From the IMG/VR virus record IMGVR_UViG_3300037423_001547: a stretch of DNA of 64,000 nt; one strand, written 5' to 3'. Every line of letters starts with the position of its first letter. Positions within the stretch are counted from its first letter, which is position 1. Position numbers and translations under genes: made by a program. A model generated the notes under the pieces. That model was not told the DNA's origin, did not search any database, and saw only the letters and a list, made by a program, of their open reading frames with translations. Shown piece by piece: positions 24,335 through 33,656 of this stretch. This stretch comes from a virus.

Positions 24335-27300
24335 CAGCGCGCCCTCTCCCGGTCGTAGGTCCGCAGCGCTTCCTTGATCTCGACGACCAGCTCCTGCGCG
24401 GCCTGCCTGCGCGCGGACCGGCTGGAGAAGTCGAAGCTGCCCGAGACGGTGATGTTCTCGATCGTGACGCTGCCGCCACCCCGACCGGAGACGAGCTGCT
24501 CGAACATCGCCGTCTGCCGGGCGTCCAGCACGCGCTCCGGGCGTCCGGTCCGGTTGATGGCCATCGTGGCGCCGGGCTGCAGCAGGCCACCGCTGTCGTA
24601 CTTGGCGGCCGGCGCGAAGCCCCACCGGCTGGTGAACAGGCTGTCGCGGTAGGAGCGGGCGCGCGGGCCGACGATGACGCCGGCGCCGCCCCGGGACTCG
24701 ACGTTGACGCCTGCGATGGTGCCTGCGGTGTGGCCGACACCGGAGTTGGTGATCCCGACCATGAAGGGGCTGTTGAGGTTGCGGACCCAGCCGGACGGGC
24801 CGTTGTTCCCGACGAACGCGCCGGTCGCCCAGCGGCGGTGCGGGCGCTCGCCACGGATCACAGACTCAATCGCCGACATGAACCCGGAGCAGTCCCAGCT
24901 GGGGTTCCCGTTTCCGGCCCACTGATAGGGCAGGCCAGCCTGGGTCTTCGCCCACGCCAGCGCCCGCTGTACGGCTGGCCCGCCCACGGCCTTCTTGTCC
25001 TCGTTGCCCAGGAAAGACAGCATCCCGTCGAGGGCCTTGTTGGAGAGGCCCTTCAGGAGGGAGCCGACGCCGCCGCCGGGGATCCGGCCGATGAGCGGGC
25101 GGACGATGGCGGCGATGGCTTTCTGCGCGGCCGACTTGAGTCCACCGATCACCAGGTCTTTCGCCCAGTCGACTGCGCCGCCGATGGCTCCTCCGATGCC
25201 GGAGGTGATGCTGCCGACGATGCCGCCGGAGGCGTAGTGCTGGGTGCCGCCTTGGTACCGGCGGCGTTCCTCTTGCCTGCTGGGGTTGCCGCCGGTTTTG
25301 GTGGGGTGGTCCTGGCCGAGCATGGCGTCGATGCCGCGGTGTCCGCCGAGCTGGGCGACCTGCTGCTTGGAGAGGATGCGCTCGCCGGGGGTGAGCATGG
25401 CGGGGACGGTGTCGGTGTTGCCGGTGCCGGGGACGACGCCGCCCTTGTTGAAGCCGAGGCTGATGGTGGGCAGCGTCAGCTTGGAGTTGATTTTTCCGGC
25501 GATGGTGTTCCACATCTTCCGGATGCCTGAGTTGTACACATGTGACACCACCCATTTCACGGGGGCCGCGAACTTGGACTGGATGCCCGCGAACAGGGTT
25601 CCGGTGCCGTCACGGATCGCGCGGACACCGTTGAGGAAGGCGTTCTTGAAGTCGCTGAGCTTGCCTCGCAGGGTGGAGAAGACGCTGGTGACCTTGGACA
25701 CGGCGCTGTTCCACAGCCCGTTCCAGGTGTTCGTGACCGAAGTCCTCAGCCCGGACACCCAGTTCACTACCGACGTCTTCGCGCCGGTGAGGGCCTTCCA
25801 CAGTCCGGACCAGAAGCTGTCCCACTTCGATCGGGCGCTGTTCCACAGGTTGTTCCAGGTGTCGACGACCCACTTGCGCAGGTTGTTGAAGATCTCCTTC
25901 GACTTCGTCCAGAGCTTGGTGAACCAGTCGATGATCGCGTGCACCAGATCCGGGATGATCGAGTGCCCGACGAGAACGTCATACAGCCACGTGAACTTGT
26001 CGACGATCCACTTGACGCCGTCCGTGATCGCCTTGGTGAACGTGGTGATCCACCCGATGACCGTCGTAATCGCCGGGACCAGCGTGGTGATCGCGCTCGT
26101 GAGTACGGTCGTCAGCATGGTCGCGAGCTGGAGGATCAGCGGCATCAAAGGTGTGAGCACCTGCAACGCCAGGTCCAACAGCGCGATCGTGAGCTGCGAC
26201 AGCGGCGGAATCAACGGCAACACCGCAAGCATCAGCTGCGGGAACAAAGGAGCCAACTGCCCGAGGAACTGGCCGAACTGCTGCACGATCGGCACCAGCG
26301 CCCCGACGACCGGCAACAAGCCCTGCGTCAACGCGCCGATCAGCGGCACCAACTGGGCGCCGAACGCCGAGATCATCGGCCCCAGCGCCTCGACGATAGC
26401 CCCGATCAGCTCACCGAGCGGCGGCAGCAGCGGCATGACCGCCTGCACCAGCCCGACGATGATGTCCCCGACATCCGACACGATCGGCAGCAGCGCGTCC
26501 ACGATCGGCATCAACGCCTTGCCCAGCGCAGCGGCGAGGTCGGCGAGGACGGGCCCGAACTTTTCCGCCAACTCGGTCACGACTGGCGCCAGCGCGGCGA
26601 GCAGCGGCAGCAGCGCCTCGATCACCGCACCCAGGGTTCCCGCGAACAGCTTCGCGATCGAGTTGACCGCCGTAAAGATCGACGTGAGGGCCTTCTGCAC
26701 CTCCGGCATCGCTGTGATCTTCCGCAGCTCCGCGAACACGGCCCCCAACGAACCGAGCGCGTCACCACCACCTGCGGATGCCGCCTTGAAGATGTTCTTG
26801 ACCGTGCCGAAGATGTCACCGAGGAGCTGCCCGAACTGCTTCGCGATGTCGACACCGTTGTTGATGGCGTCCTCAAGAGCACCCGACTTGAACGCGTCCG
26901 ACAACTTCTTCGAGATGCGGTCCGCCGCAGTGCCGGCCGCCGTCGTCAGCCGCTCGAACGCTGGCGACGCGGCGATGCTGATCTGCGTGAGCGCGGTGAC
27001 GATCTGCCCGGGGATCCGGGTCAGCTGGCTCGTGGCGTCGTTGAGGCCCTGGAACATCTTCCGCAGTTGGCCGGTCTTCGCCAGCTCGATCACAGCGTTC
27101 GCGGCGTTCGTCGCCATCGCGTTGAGATTGCTGGCCATGCCGACCAGCCCAGCCCGCAGCGAGGGGATCACCGCCGTGGACAGCTCGGTGAACTTCTGCC
27201 CCAACCCTTGGAAGAGGGCGTTCTGAACGTCCAGCTTCAGGCCCCGCCACGCATCCCGCTGCGCGAGCACAGAGTTGACGAAGGCCTGCGCGTTCGGCGC

Positions 27301-28776
27301 CAGGTTGGCGATCGCTGTACCCAGCTTGTCGGTGGCTGAGGCGCCGGCCTCCTGCGCGGCCGCGAGCGCCTCCGCGGCTTCCTTCGCTGCCTCCTGGGCG
27401 TCGGCGATCTGCCGGGCCCCGTCCTTGGCGGCCTGCGCTGCCGCGGCCTGGGCGTCCGCGACGTCCCGCTGGGCTTTCGCGATCCGCTGCGCCCCGTCTA
27501 CCTGGGCGCGGGCGGCGTCGATCTGGGCGTCCTTCAGCTCCTGGGTCTTGTCCTTGATCTCCTGGTTGGCGTCACGCTCCTTCTCTTTGGCGTCCTTGAC
27601 CTTCTTGCTGCCTTCGACCCCGGCCTCGTTCGCTGCGGTGGTCTGCTCCTGAAGGCGCTGCGTCTCGGTCTGCTGCTCGTTGAGTGCCTGCAGGGCTTTG
27701 TCGTAGGCCAGCTGCGCCTTGTCGATTTCCTCCTGCGTTGCCTTCGAGCCCTTGGCTTTGACCGCGGCCAGCTCCTGCTCGGCGTCCTGCAGGTCCAGCA
27801 CCTTCTGCCGCTGGTCCAACTGGGCGTCGGCGAGCCGGTCGTTCAAGTCCTGGAGATCTTCGGCGGCCTGCTTGCGAGCATCGTTGAGGTCTTCCTGTGC
27901 CCGCTTCGCTGCCCGCTGCGCATCCGCGAGGTCCCGCTCCGCCTGCTCCACCTGTTCGGCCGCCCGCCGGCTGGCGTCGGCCACGTCCTGGACGGTGTTC
28001 TTCAGGTTCTGCTGCGCGTCCTCGATGTCCCGGGCTGCCCTCACGCGGGCCTCGGCAGCGTTGACCTCGGCGTCCTTCACAGCCCGCTGTGCCTTCGCAA
28101 GGGACCGCTGCGCCGACTCCACCCGCCGCGTCGCGTTCTCCGCGGTGGCCGCGCTCTTCGTGGCCGGCGCGAACGCGGCCTTGAAAGCGTCCCCGATCCC
28201 GGACGTGCCGATCTTGATGGCGGCGAACGCGGCACCCAGCGACAGCACCGCCGGCGCGGCCAGCGCTGCGGCCGGACCCATCTGGATGATGGCCTGTCCG
28301 AGCGAAGCCAGCGTGGGGAGTGCGCCAGTGGCTAGGACTTTCAGGTTGGTCAGGGCAGAGGTGAGGCTGCCGATTCCGGCCGAGCTGCCTCCCGCTCCTC
28401 CCACGCTCCCGGTGAGGCGCGAGAGCGCGGACCGGTCGAGGTCGACGCGGACGTTGATGCGGCGGTCGCGGGTGAGGGTGTCGAGATCGGCGCGGGCGCG
28501 GCCGGTGTCGGCGTCTGCGGTGATCCGTGTGGTGCGGGCACGGGTGAGGAGTGCCAGGTCGTCGGCTGCCGCACGGGTGTCGACGTCGGCGGTGATCCGG
28601 GCGGTGCGGTCCCGCATCAAGGCGTCGAGGCGAGCGAGGGCGGACCGGTCGTCGAGTTCGACGCCCACCTTGACGATGTACCGGCGGGACTGGAGCCGCT
28701 GCATGGACCGGTTGAACGAGGTCTCATCGGCCGTGACCTCGACGAAACCCTCAGCGATCCGAAACGCGCCGGCCAT
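24334..28776 (-). CDS. tape measure protein with C-terminal NlpC/P60 peptidase domain, 1480 aa
   Basis: Long Ala/Gln/Lys coiled-coil, hydrophobic Gly/Ala/Leu/Pro-rich middle region, LPYQWAGNGNPSWDCSGF...GHTAG (NlpC/P60 Cys-His). Follows the G/GT chaperones. Confidence 0.95.
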   Translation of the reverse strand: MAGAFRIAEGFVEVTADETSFNRSMQRLQSRRYIVKVGVELDDRSALARLDALMRDRTARITADVDTRAAADDLALLTRARTTRITADADTGRARADLDTLTRDRRINVRVDLDRSALSRLTGSVGGAGGSSAGIGSLTSALTNLKVLATGALPTLASLGQAIIQMGPAAALAAPAVLSLGAAFAAIKIGTSGIGDAFKAAFAPATKSAATAENATRRVESAQRSLAKAQRAVKDAEVNAAEARVRAARDIEDAQQNLKNTVQDVADASRRAAEQVEQAERDLADAQRAAKRAQEDLNDARKQAAEDLQDLNDRLADAQLDQRQKVLDLQDAEQELAAVKAKGSKATQEEIDKAQLAYDKALQALNEQQTETQRLQEQTTAANEAGVEGSKKVKDAKEKERDANQEIKDKTQELKDAQIDAARAQVDGAQRIAKAQRDVADAQAAAAQAAKDGARQIADAQEAAKEAAEALAAAQEAGASATDKLGTAIANLAPNAQAFVNSVLAQRDAWRGLKLDVQNALFQGLGQKFTELSTAVIPSLRAGLVGMASNLNAMATNAANAVIELAKTGQLRKMFQGLNDATSQLTRIPGQIVTALTQISIAASPAFERLTTAAGTAADRISKKLSDAFKSGALEDAINNGVDIAKQFGQLLGDIFGTVKNIFKAASAGGGDALGSLGAVFAELRKITAMPEVQKALTSIFTAVNSIAKLFAGTLGAVIEALLPLLAALAPVVTELAEKFGPVLADLAAALGKALMPIVDALLPIVSDVGDIIVGLVQAVMPLLPPLGELIGAIVEALGPMISAFGAQLVPLIGALTQGLLPVVGALVPIVQQFGQFLGQLAPLFPQLMLAVLPLIPPLSQLTIALLDLALQVLTPLMPLILQLATMLTTVLTSAITTLVPAITTVIGWITTFTKAITDGVKWIVDKFTWLYDVLVGHSIIPDLVHAIIDWFTKLWTKSKEIFNNLRKWVVDTWNNLWNSARSKWDSFWSGLWKALTGAKTSVVNWVSGLRTSVTNTWNGLWNSAVSKVTSVFSTLRGKLSDFKNAFLNGVRAIRDGTGTLFAGIQSKFAAPVKWVVSHVYNSGIRKMWNTIAGKINSKLTLPTISLGFNKGGVVPGTGNTDTVPAMLTPGERILSKQQVAQLGGHRGIDAMLGQDHPTKTGGNPSRQEERRRYQGGTQHYASGGIVGSITSGIGGAIGGAVDWAKDLVIGGLKSAAQKAIAAIVRPLIGRIPGGGVGSLLKGLSNKALDGMLSFLGNEDKKAVGGPAVQRALAWAKTQAGLPYQWAGNGNPSWDCSGFMSAIESVIRGERPHRRWATGAFVGNNGPSGWVRNLNSPFMVGITNSGVGHTAGTIAGVNVESRGGAGVIVGPRARSYRDSLFTSRWGFAPAAKYDSGGLLQPGATMAINRTGRPERVLDARQTAMFEQLVSGRGGGSVTIENITVSGSFDFSSRSARRQAAQELVVEIKEALRTYDRERAR

Positions 28777-29576
28777 CTACCCTCCCTGTGCCACGCTCAC
28801 GAGTCCCGGGAATTGCGCCCGGAACTGGGTCAGCGAGACTTCCGTCTTCTCGCTGCTGCCGCGTCCCTGAGGCGCGGCGGTTGTGCTCGTGCGGGTTTGG
28901 GTGGTGTTAGTCGGCTGCCGGTCCTCGCGTTCGGCTTCGACGCGGGCGGCCATCACGCCTTGGTAGGCGGTCAGCCGGTGCGCCAGTGCAAAGTAGCGTC
29001 GGGCGCTGATGTCGACTTGCTCAAGGTCGATGCGGTAGATGGCCAGGAAGTCGGCGTCCAAGTCGTCTTCGTGGTCGAGGACCCAGCCGATCTCATCGAT
29101 CCGGTCCAGTACCGGTCGGGAAAAGTCTCGGCGGCGAAACCCCTCATCCAGGAGCCGCGCCCATGCAGGTCCTACGCTTTTCCCTCCTTCTTCTCTCCCC
29201 GGCCGAGGGCCAGGTCGATGACGATCTGGATGATCCGTTCGAGCTGTTCGCCCTTCAGCCCCCGGGACTTCTCCAGCGCCTTGTACGCCTCCGTACCAAG
29301 GACCCGGGTCAAGAGGGCCGGGGCGGCGAGCTCCTGGCCGATCTCGGCTGCGATCCGCAGGTATTCGAGGCCGACACCGACGGGGATCTCCTTGGGGATC
29401 GTGTACTCGGTGTCGCCGATGTAGAAGAGCGGGACACGTTCCTCGACGACGTCCTCGTCGGCCTCGATGTGGATCGGTTCGAAGTCCAGGGCCGCCGCGG
29501 GGCCGGTCGGCTTGCTTGCCGGGCGCTTCCGGGCGGCCGTGGTCTGGCGGGTACGGGCGGGGGTGGTGGATGCCAT
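28777..29576 (-). CDS. tail assembly chaperone G-T fusion made by -1 programmed frameshift
   Basis: The open -1 frame continues from the slippery site to the stop at 28777: ...GKSVGPAWARLLDEGFRRRDFSRPVLDRIDEIGWVLDHEDDLDADFLAIYRIDLEQ... Confidence 0.8.
29172..29576 (-). CDS. tail assembly chaperone (G product), 134 aa
   Basis: Lies between the major tail and tape-measure genes. Ends ...GRGEKKEGKA with the slippery heptamer 4 nt before the stop. Confidence 0.85.
   Translation of the reverse strand: MASTTPARTRQTTAARKRPASKPTGPAAALDFEPIHIEADEDVVEERVPLFYIGDTEYTIPKEIPVGVGLEYLRIAAEIGQELAAPALLTRVLGTEAYKALEKSRGLKGEQLERIIQIVIDLALGRGEKKEGKA
29178..29184 (-). other. -1 ribosomal slippery heptamer G GGA AAA
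   Basis: Minus strand reads GAG GGA AAA GCG TAG. This is the X XXY YYZ pattern in the zero frame, and the downstream ORF is in the -1 frame. Confidence 0.8.
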
Positions 29577-29614
29577 GGGTGGTGCTCCTCGCTACGGGCA
29601 GGGACAGGCGCCGG

Positions 29615-30175
29615 TCAGCTGGTCTGGTCGACGATGTGGAACGGCGTGATACTGGCGCTGACGTAGTGGCCGGCGAATTTGATCGGGATGAGCGTCTGCT
29701 TGTCCTTGGTGTAGGCCAGCTCGCTGCTGTCGGTGTTCAGCATGCGCCGGCCGATCACGCGGCGCCGGAACTGGGACGGGGCGTAGCCGTCCATGATGAT
29801 CGCGAAGTATGTCGGCTGGGTGGCTGAGCTGCTGACGTTCGGGTCGTAGCTCTTCCAGCCGGAGCCGCTGGCTGCGGTGCCGCCGTTGAGGCTGAGCGAC
29901 AGGTTCTCCAACGTGGGCTCGGCCAGGGAGGTCTCGATCGTGAAGTCGGCCTTGGTCAGTCGGGAGCCGACGCGGAGGGTGATCTGGTCGACTTCCAGCT
30001 CCGAGTAGGTCTGGTCGACGGACAGCTTGACGCCGTCCTGGGTCCCGCCCAGGTCGGTCCAGCTGGACGCGGCCGGGGTGGTGTTGACCTGGGTGTCGGT
30101 CGGCTCAACGGCACCGAAAGCGCCCTGGTAGAGGGTCGCGGGCCCCTGGATGAGGTTGGTGGTGGTGACGGCCAT
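29615..30175 (-). CDS. major tail protein, 186 aa
   Basis: Position before the chaperones. Thr/Ser-rich beta-type sequence beginning MAVTTTNLIQGPATLYQG. Confidence 0.85.
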   Translation of the reverse strand: MAVTTTNLIQGPATLYQGAFGAVEPTDTQVNTTPAASSWTDLGGTQDGVKLSVDQTYSELEVDQITLRVGSRLTKADFTIETSLAEPTLENLSLSLNGGTAASGSGWKSYDPNVSSSATQPTYFAIIMDGYAPSQFRRRVIGRRMLNTDSSELAYTKDKQTLIPIKFAGHYVSASITPFHIVDQTS

Positions 30176-30176
30176 G

Positions 30177-30356
30177 TCAGCTCTCCTTGTTTCCGGCCGA
30201 CGTCTTCTTGGTGGTGACCGGCGGCGCGGAGGCGGCCGGGGCTTCGGTGGTGTGGGCGTCTTCGACGAGGAGGCCCTGCGCCTTCAGGTCGGCGTACTCG
30301 ACGTCCCCGACCTCGATCGGCTGATCGGGGCGCATGGTGGTCCGGACGATGGGCAT
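30177..30356 (-). CDS. hypothetical protein, 59 aa
   Basis: ATGA overlap with the upstream gene. Its stop is 1 nt before the major tail start. Confidence 0.45.
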   Translation of the reverse strand: MPIVRTTMRPDQPIEVGDVEYADLKAQGLLVEDAHTTEAPAASAPPVTTKKTSAGNKES

Positions 30357-30583
30357 CAGGGGTAGTCCTCCCGACGAAGTGGGAACCGGTGGTGGGCGAA
30401 CTGCGGCAGGAGCGGCAGCGCGATGGTCTGCTCGGGCGGGATACTCCGCGGGCACTCGACGATCCGGATGTCCCCGGTCAGGAGGAACTCCAGCTCCCCA
30501 CGGGAGTTGTGGACGATGACCCGTCCGTTCCAGGTGAGGAGGTCGCCGCCGAGCCCGGCGTCCTGGATGGCGTAGCGGCTCAC
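30356..30583 (-). CDS. hypothetical protein, 75 aa
   Basis: GTGA overlap with the stop of 30580..31029. Confidence 0.5.
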   Translation of the reverse strand: MSRYAIQDAGLGGDLLTWNGRVIVHNSRGELEFLLTGDIRIVECPRSIPPEQTIALPLLPQFAHHRFPLRREDYP

Positions 30584-31029
30584 GACGGCACCTCCGTCCA
30601 CGCGATGACGAGGCCGGGGATGCTGTACCGGGCATACGAGGAGGCGTCGTCGTGGATACGGCGGTGCTCGCCTGTGGTGTACGCGGACAGCACCCGCGCC
30701 TGCGGGTAGCCGGTCGGCAGCGTGAGCGTCTGAGGGATCGCTGGGTGGTCGTAGCAGGCGGCCTGGATCGCCTCAGCCAACGCGGCGGCCTTGTTCCATG
30801 GCGGCTTCTGCGACTGCGGGTTGTTGGCCCAGCAGTCCACGCCGACCGCGGGCTCGCGCAACGGCACGTACAGGTTCGGGGTGCCGCCGGCCACGACGAG
30901 CGTGCAGAACCCGGACGCCGCCCACGAGGTGTTGTCCTTCGGGAGGGTGGTGGCGACGCGGTCGCCGACGACGGTCTTCAGCCAGGCGGTGGCCACGAGT
31001 TCCGGGGTCGGGCGCAGGCGGAGGCTCAT
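30580..31029 (-). CDS. tail terminator-like protein (DUF3168-like), 149 aa
   Basis: Synteny between the gp10-like and major tail genes, with a general sequence pattern like tail terminators. Confidence 0.6.
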   Translation of the reverse strand: MSLRLRPTPELVATAWLKTVVGDRVATTLPKDNTSWAASGFCTLVVAGGTPNLYVPLREPAVGVDCWANNPQSQKPPWNKAAALAEAIQAACYDHPAIPQTLTLPTGYPQARVLSAYTTGEHRRIHDDASSYARYSIPGLVIAWTEVPS

Positions 31030-31397
31030 GGCGTCCTCCGTTGGAACAGGGCCGGCCGGAGGTACGGCATGGGCTGTGTGCCGGGGTGGTTGACGCGGGC
31101 CACGGGGTGGTCCGCGCCGGGCCAGTACAGGGCCTTCTTGTTGCGGGGCAGGATCACGTGCGGGCTGGTGCCCATTTCCACGTCGGTGGCGTAGTTGCAG
31201 TCGAGGGAGCCGACCCTGAGCACTTTGTCGTGGACTTCGCGGCGGAGGCTGTCGTGGAGGCGGCCGGTGCGCTTGTGCACGTAGTTCCGGGCGTCGCCGA
31301 GGATGGCGTCGCCGATGGTGTCCTGGAGCCAGTCGTTGATCGCCTGGTCGACGTGTGCGCGCGCTGAAGGGTCGATCCGCACACCGGATCGCGCCAT
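31026..31397 (-). CDS. HK97 gp10-like head-tail joining / tail completion protein, 123 aa
   Basis: ARNYVHKRTGRLHDSL...MGTSPHVI.P....ALYWPG...PV..V.HPGT is the gp10-family pattern. ATG 31397 follows GGAGAGGAGG. Confidence 0.75.
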   Translation of the reverse strand: MARSGVRIDPSARAHVDQAINDWLQDTIGDAILGDARNYVHKRTGRLHDSLRREVHDKVLRVGSLDCNYATDVEMGTSPHVILPRNKKALYWPGADHPVARVNHPGTQPMPYLRPALFQRRTP

Positions 31398-31472
31398 GGC
31401 CGCCTCCTCTCCGAAGGTGGTCTCGTGCCGGCCGCCCGGTCTCCCCGAGCTGTGTGGCCCTGTTCGGTTGTT

Positions 31473-31502
31473 GATCGCGTTGCGGACAGCCGCAAAGCGA
31501 TC
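31473..31502 (-). terminator. 13-bp-stem hairpin inside the late operon
   Basis: GATCGCGTTGCGG-ACAG-CCGCAAAGCGATC (one mismatch), overlapping the stop of 31501..31830. Confidence 0.4.
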
Positions 31503-31830
31503 AAGTCGTGCGCCGCAGATCCAGCCGGCGGTCGACCCTGATGGCCGGGTTATCCATCCCAGACACCGCGTCGACGATGTACTTCGCGCCCGTGCACTCA
31601 TCGAGCACCCGGTCCTGATCCGTCACGTCCGTATCCGCCGGCACCCGGGCGACGGCGTAGCGGACGATGCGAGGCGTCGGATCGTCCCTGGTCGTCACCC
31701 GCCGGGACTGCTCGGTCAGCGACGCGGGAATGCCCGTGTAGACCGCGGTGTCGGTGTCCTGCTCGTCGCCATAGGCGTCGGTGGTGGTGCCGCGGAGGAC
31801 GCTGATCCGGGTGGTCGCGACTGCCTGCAT
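31501..31830 (-). CDS. head closure / head-tail adaptor protein, 109 aa
   Basis: ATGA overlap with the connector gene. Size and synteny. Confidence 0.6.
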   Translation of the reverse strand: MQAVATTRISVLRGTTTDAYGDEQDTDTAVYTGIPASLTEQSRRVTTRDDPTPRIVRYAVARVPADTDVTDQDRVLDECTGAKYIVDAVSGMDNPAIRVDRRLDLRRTT

Positions 31831-32276
31831 CACGCACCTCCGTGGTACGGGGCCCAGACGAGCGAGTCGTCCATGCTGTCCGACAGCGCGTCCCCGACCA
31901 GCGGGCCAGCGCCCTCGACCGCGGACCGGATGTGCACGGTCCTCGACCGCATCCACGACACTCGCTTCAGTGCGCGGGCGGCCATGGGTGCGAGGACCAG
32001 GCCGTCGCCCTGCAGCGTGGTGGAGACCTGGTCCTGCTGGATCTGCGTGGCATCCAGCCGCGTCTCCAGCCCGAACTGCCCCGCGATCCATGCTGCTTGG
32101 TAGGCGACGGCCTGGCCCAGCCAGTGAAGGTCCCGTGTACGCATCCGGTCCTGGTCGGTGTAGATGCGGTTGCTGAAGACCTCGATTGCAGCCTGCGCCT
32201 GAACAAGCTGCTGACCCGTCACCGACACCCCAGTGGTGTCGAGGACGTCCTGCACAGTCGCCCAGGCGTTGACCAC
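31830..32276 (-). CDS. head-tail connector (gp6-like), 148 aa
   Basis: The start WATVQDVLDTTGVSVTGQQLVQAQAAIEVFSNR is typical of gp6-like connectors. Synteny after the capsid gene. Confidence 0.7.
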   Translation of the reverse strand: MVNAWATVQDVLDTTGVSVTGQQLVQAQAAIEVFSNRIYTDQDRMRTRDLHWLGQAVAYQAAWIAGQFGLETRLDATQIQQDQVSTTLQGDGLVLAPMAARALKRVSWMRSRTVHIRSAVEGAGPLVGDALSDSMDDSLVWAPYHGGA

Positions 32277-32277
32277 G

Positions 32278-32655
32278 TCAGCCCTCGCCCTCGATCACAT
32301 CGCGCGGGGTGGTGGTGTCCTCCGGGTGGTGATCGACAGAGGCCGGGGCCGTCTCCACCGAGTACGTCAGCACCAGAGACAGACCGTCCGCATGCTGTTC
32401 GGCGCCATCGAAGGCCACGCCACCGTGAGGGTGCAGGCCGCGCTGGATCGCCTCGTTGACGACGCCGGCGCGGTTGGCCTCGTGCTGGTAGTCCTCGTCG
32501 TTCCACCGTGCGGCAAGCACGACGAACTGCTTGACGAACCGCATGCCTTGCGCGCCGTCGGCGGTCCGCTCGTCGACCTCGACTTCGGGCTCACCGGCCT
32601 TCGCCGGATGCTGTCGGGCCCGCGCGCTGGCGGTGGTCTTCTTCGCTGCTGCCAC
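32278..32655 (-). CDS. hypothetical structural-region protein, 125 aa
   Basis: Complete ORF between the capsid and connector genes. Confidence 0.55.
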   Translation of the reverse strand: MAAAKKTTASARARQHPAKAGEPEVEVDERTADGAQGMRFVKQFVVLAARWNDEDYQHEANRAGVVNEAIQRGLHPHGGVAFDGAEQHADGLSLVLTYSVETAPASVDHHPEDTTTPRDVIEGEG

Positions 32656-32676
32656 GGCTCGCCTCCCTGCCTGCTG

Positions 32677-32707
32677 CTGTACCGCCCGGAGCCGTCGGGC
32701 GGTACAG
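32677..32707 (-). terminator. 12-bp perfect hairpin just after the capsid gene
   Basis: CTGTACCGCCCG-N7-CGGGCGGTACAG, 14 nt downstream of the capsid stop at 32722. Confidence 0.6.
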
Positions 32708-32721
32708 CGTCGTGAGGTGGG

Positions 32722-33636
32722 TCAGCCGACGAGGATGGACGCGCCGTTGGGGTGGCCGTAGGCGAAGCCGCGGCGGGCGCGCATCTTCAGGATCGACTCG
32801 TCCGTCAACGCGCTGAGGCCGTCGCGTCCGTCGATGAACACCGACTCCGGGCCTGAGCGGATACCGAGGAGCATCAGCTCCGGGTTGACGAACGCCATGA
32901 TCGACCGGCCGGTCGGCGCCGAGGTGGCGGTCGCGGCGAGCTTCGCACCCAGCGACCAGCGGATCGGCACGCTGAAGATGGTGTCGGGGGTTCCGGCCGT
33001 GCCCTGGATGAAGATCGGGCGGGACTGGCCGTCGAGGACACCGCGGAGGCTCTTACGGAACGACGGGTGCGCGATGGCGACCATGCTGCCGGGGTCGAAG
33101 TAGTCGCCGGACTCGACGTTGCCGATCGCGGTGGAGAACTCCGCGTAGGTCGGTGCGCCCGAGCTGGCGGCGGTGGTGATGTTCGCGCCACCGGTGTAGG
33201 AGAGGGTCGCGTCGGTGGTGTTCAGCAACTGATACAGCGACGTGAACGGGACCGTCGTACCGTTGCTGGCCGCGCTGACGGCGAGGCTCGCGTTGTCGAT
33301 CATCTTGGCGTAGGACTTGCCCCAGCCCATCATCTTCGACTCGATGACGTTCGCCACCGAGTCATCGATGTCCTCCTCGGCGATACGGACGGCCTTGCCG
33401 AACTTCACCGCGGACAGGAGGACTTCGTCGTTGAGGGAGGTGTCCTCGCCGTAGGTGCCGCCCTTCGCGACGACCGCGACGTCCATGCCCGCGGTGCGGG
33501 GAACGTGCTTGGTGTCGGAGCCCATGGGGATACGGGCGGCGAGGGATTCGACGGCGGAGATCTGGGTGATGGACTGGACGACCTTGGACGTCTCCCACTC
33601 TTCGGGAATCCACGGTTCCATGGTGTTGCGGGCCAC
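32722..33636 (-). CDS. major capsid protein (HK97 fold), 304 aa
   Basis: GTG 33636 follows AGGAGGG. Follows the scaffold gene. Sequence pattern typical of actinophage major capsid proteins. Confidence 0.9.
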   Translation of the reverse strand: MARNTMEPWIPEEWETSKVVQSITQISAVESLAARIPMGSDTKHVPRTAGMDVAVVAKGGTYGEDTSLNDEVLLSAVKFGKAVRIAEEDIDDSVANVIESKMMGWGKSYAKMIDNASLAVSAASNGTTVPFTSLYQLLNTTDATLSYTGGANITTAASSGAPTYAEFSTAIGNVESGDYFDPGSMVAIAHPSFRKSLRGVLDGQSRPIFIQGTAGTPDTIFSVPIRWSLGAKLAATATSAPTGRSIMAFVNPELMLLGIRSGPESVFIDGRDGLSALTDESILKMRARRGFAYGHPNGASILVG

Positions 33637-33656
33637 GGTTGCCCTCCTGTGGGCGT

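Noticed and set aside
25244-27226. A 660-aa plus-strand ORF, with many similar long ORFs elsewhere (for example 21623..23203, 23285..24358, 27719..28870, 6047..7159, 9906..10958, 16056..17135, 18182..19612).
   Set aside because: They lie antisense or out of frame to well-supported genes (tape measure, Tal, Dit, XRE regulator, glycosyltransferase). They translate to Arg/Pro/Ala/Ser/Gly low-complexity sequence and lack RBSs. This is the expected stop-codon-poor shadow ORF pattern of very GC-rich DNA.
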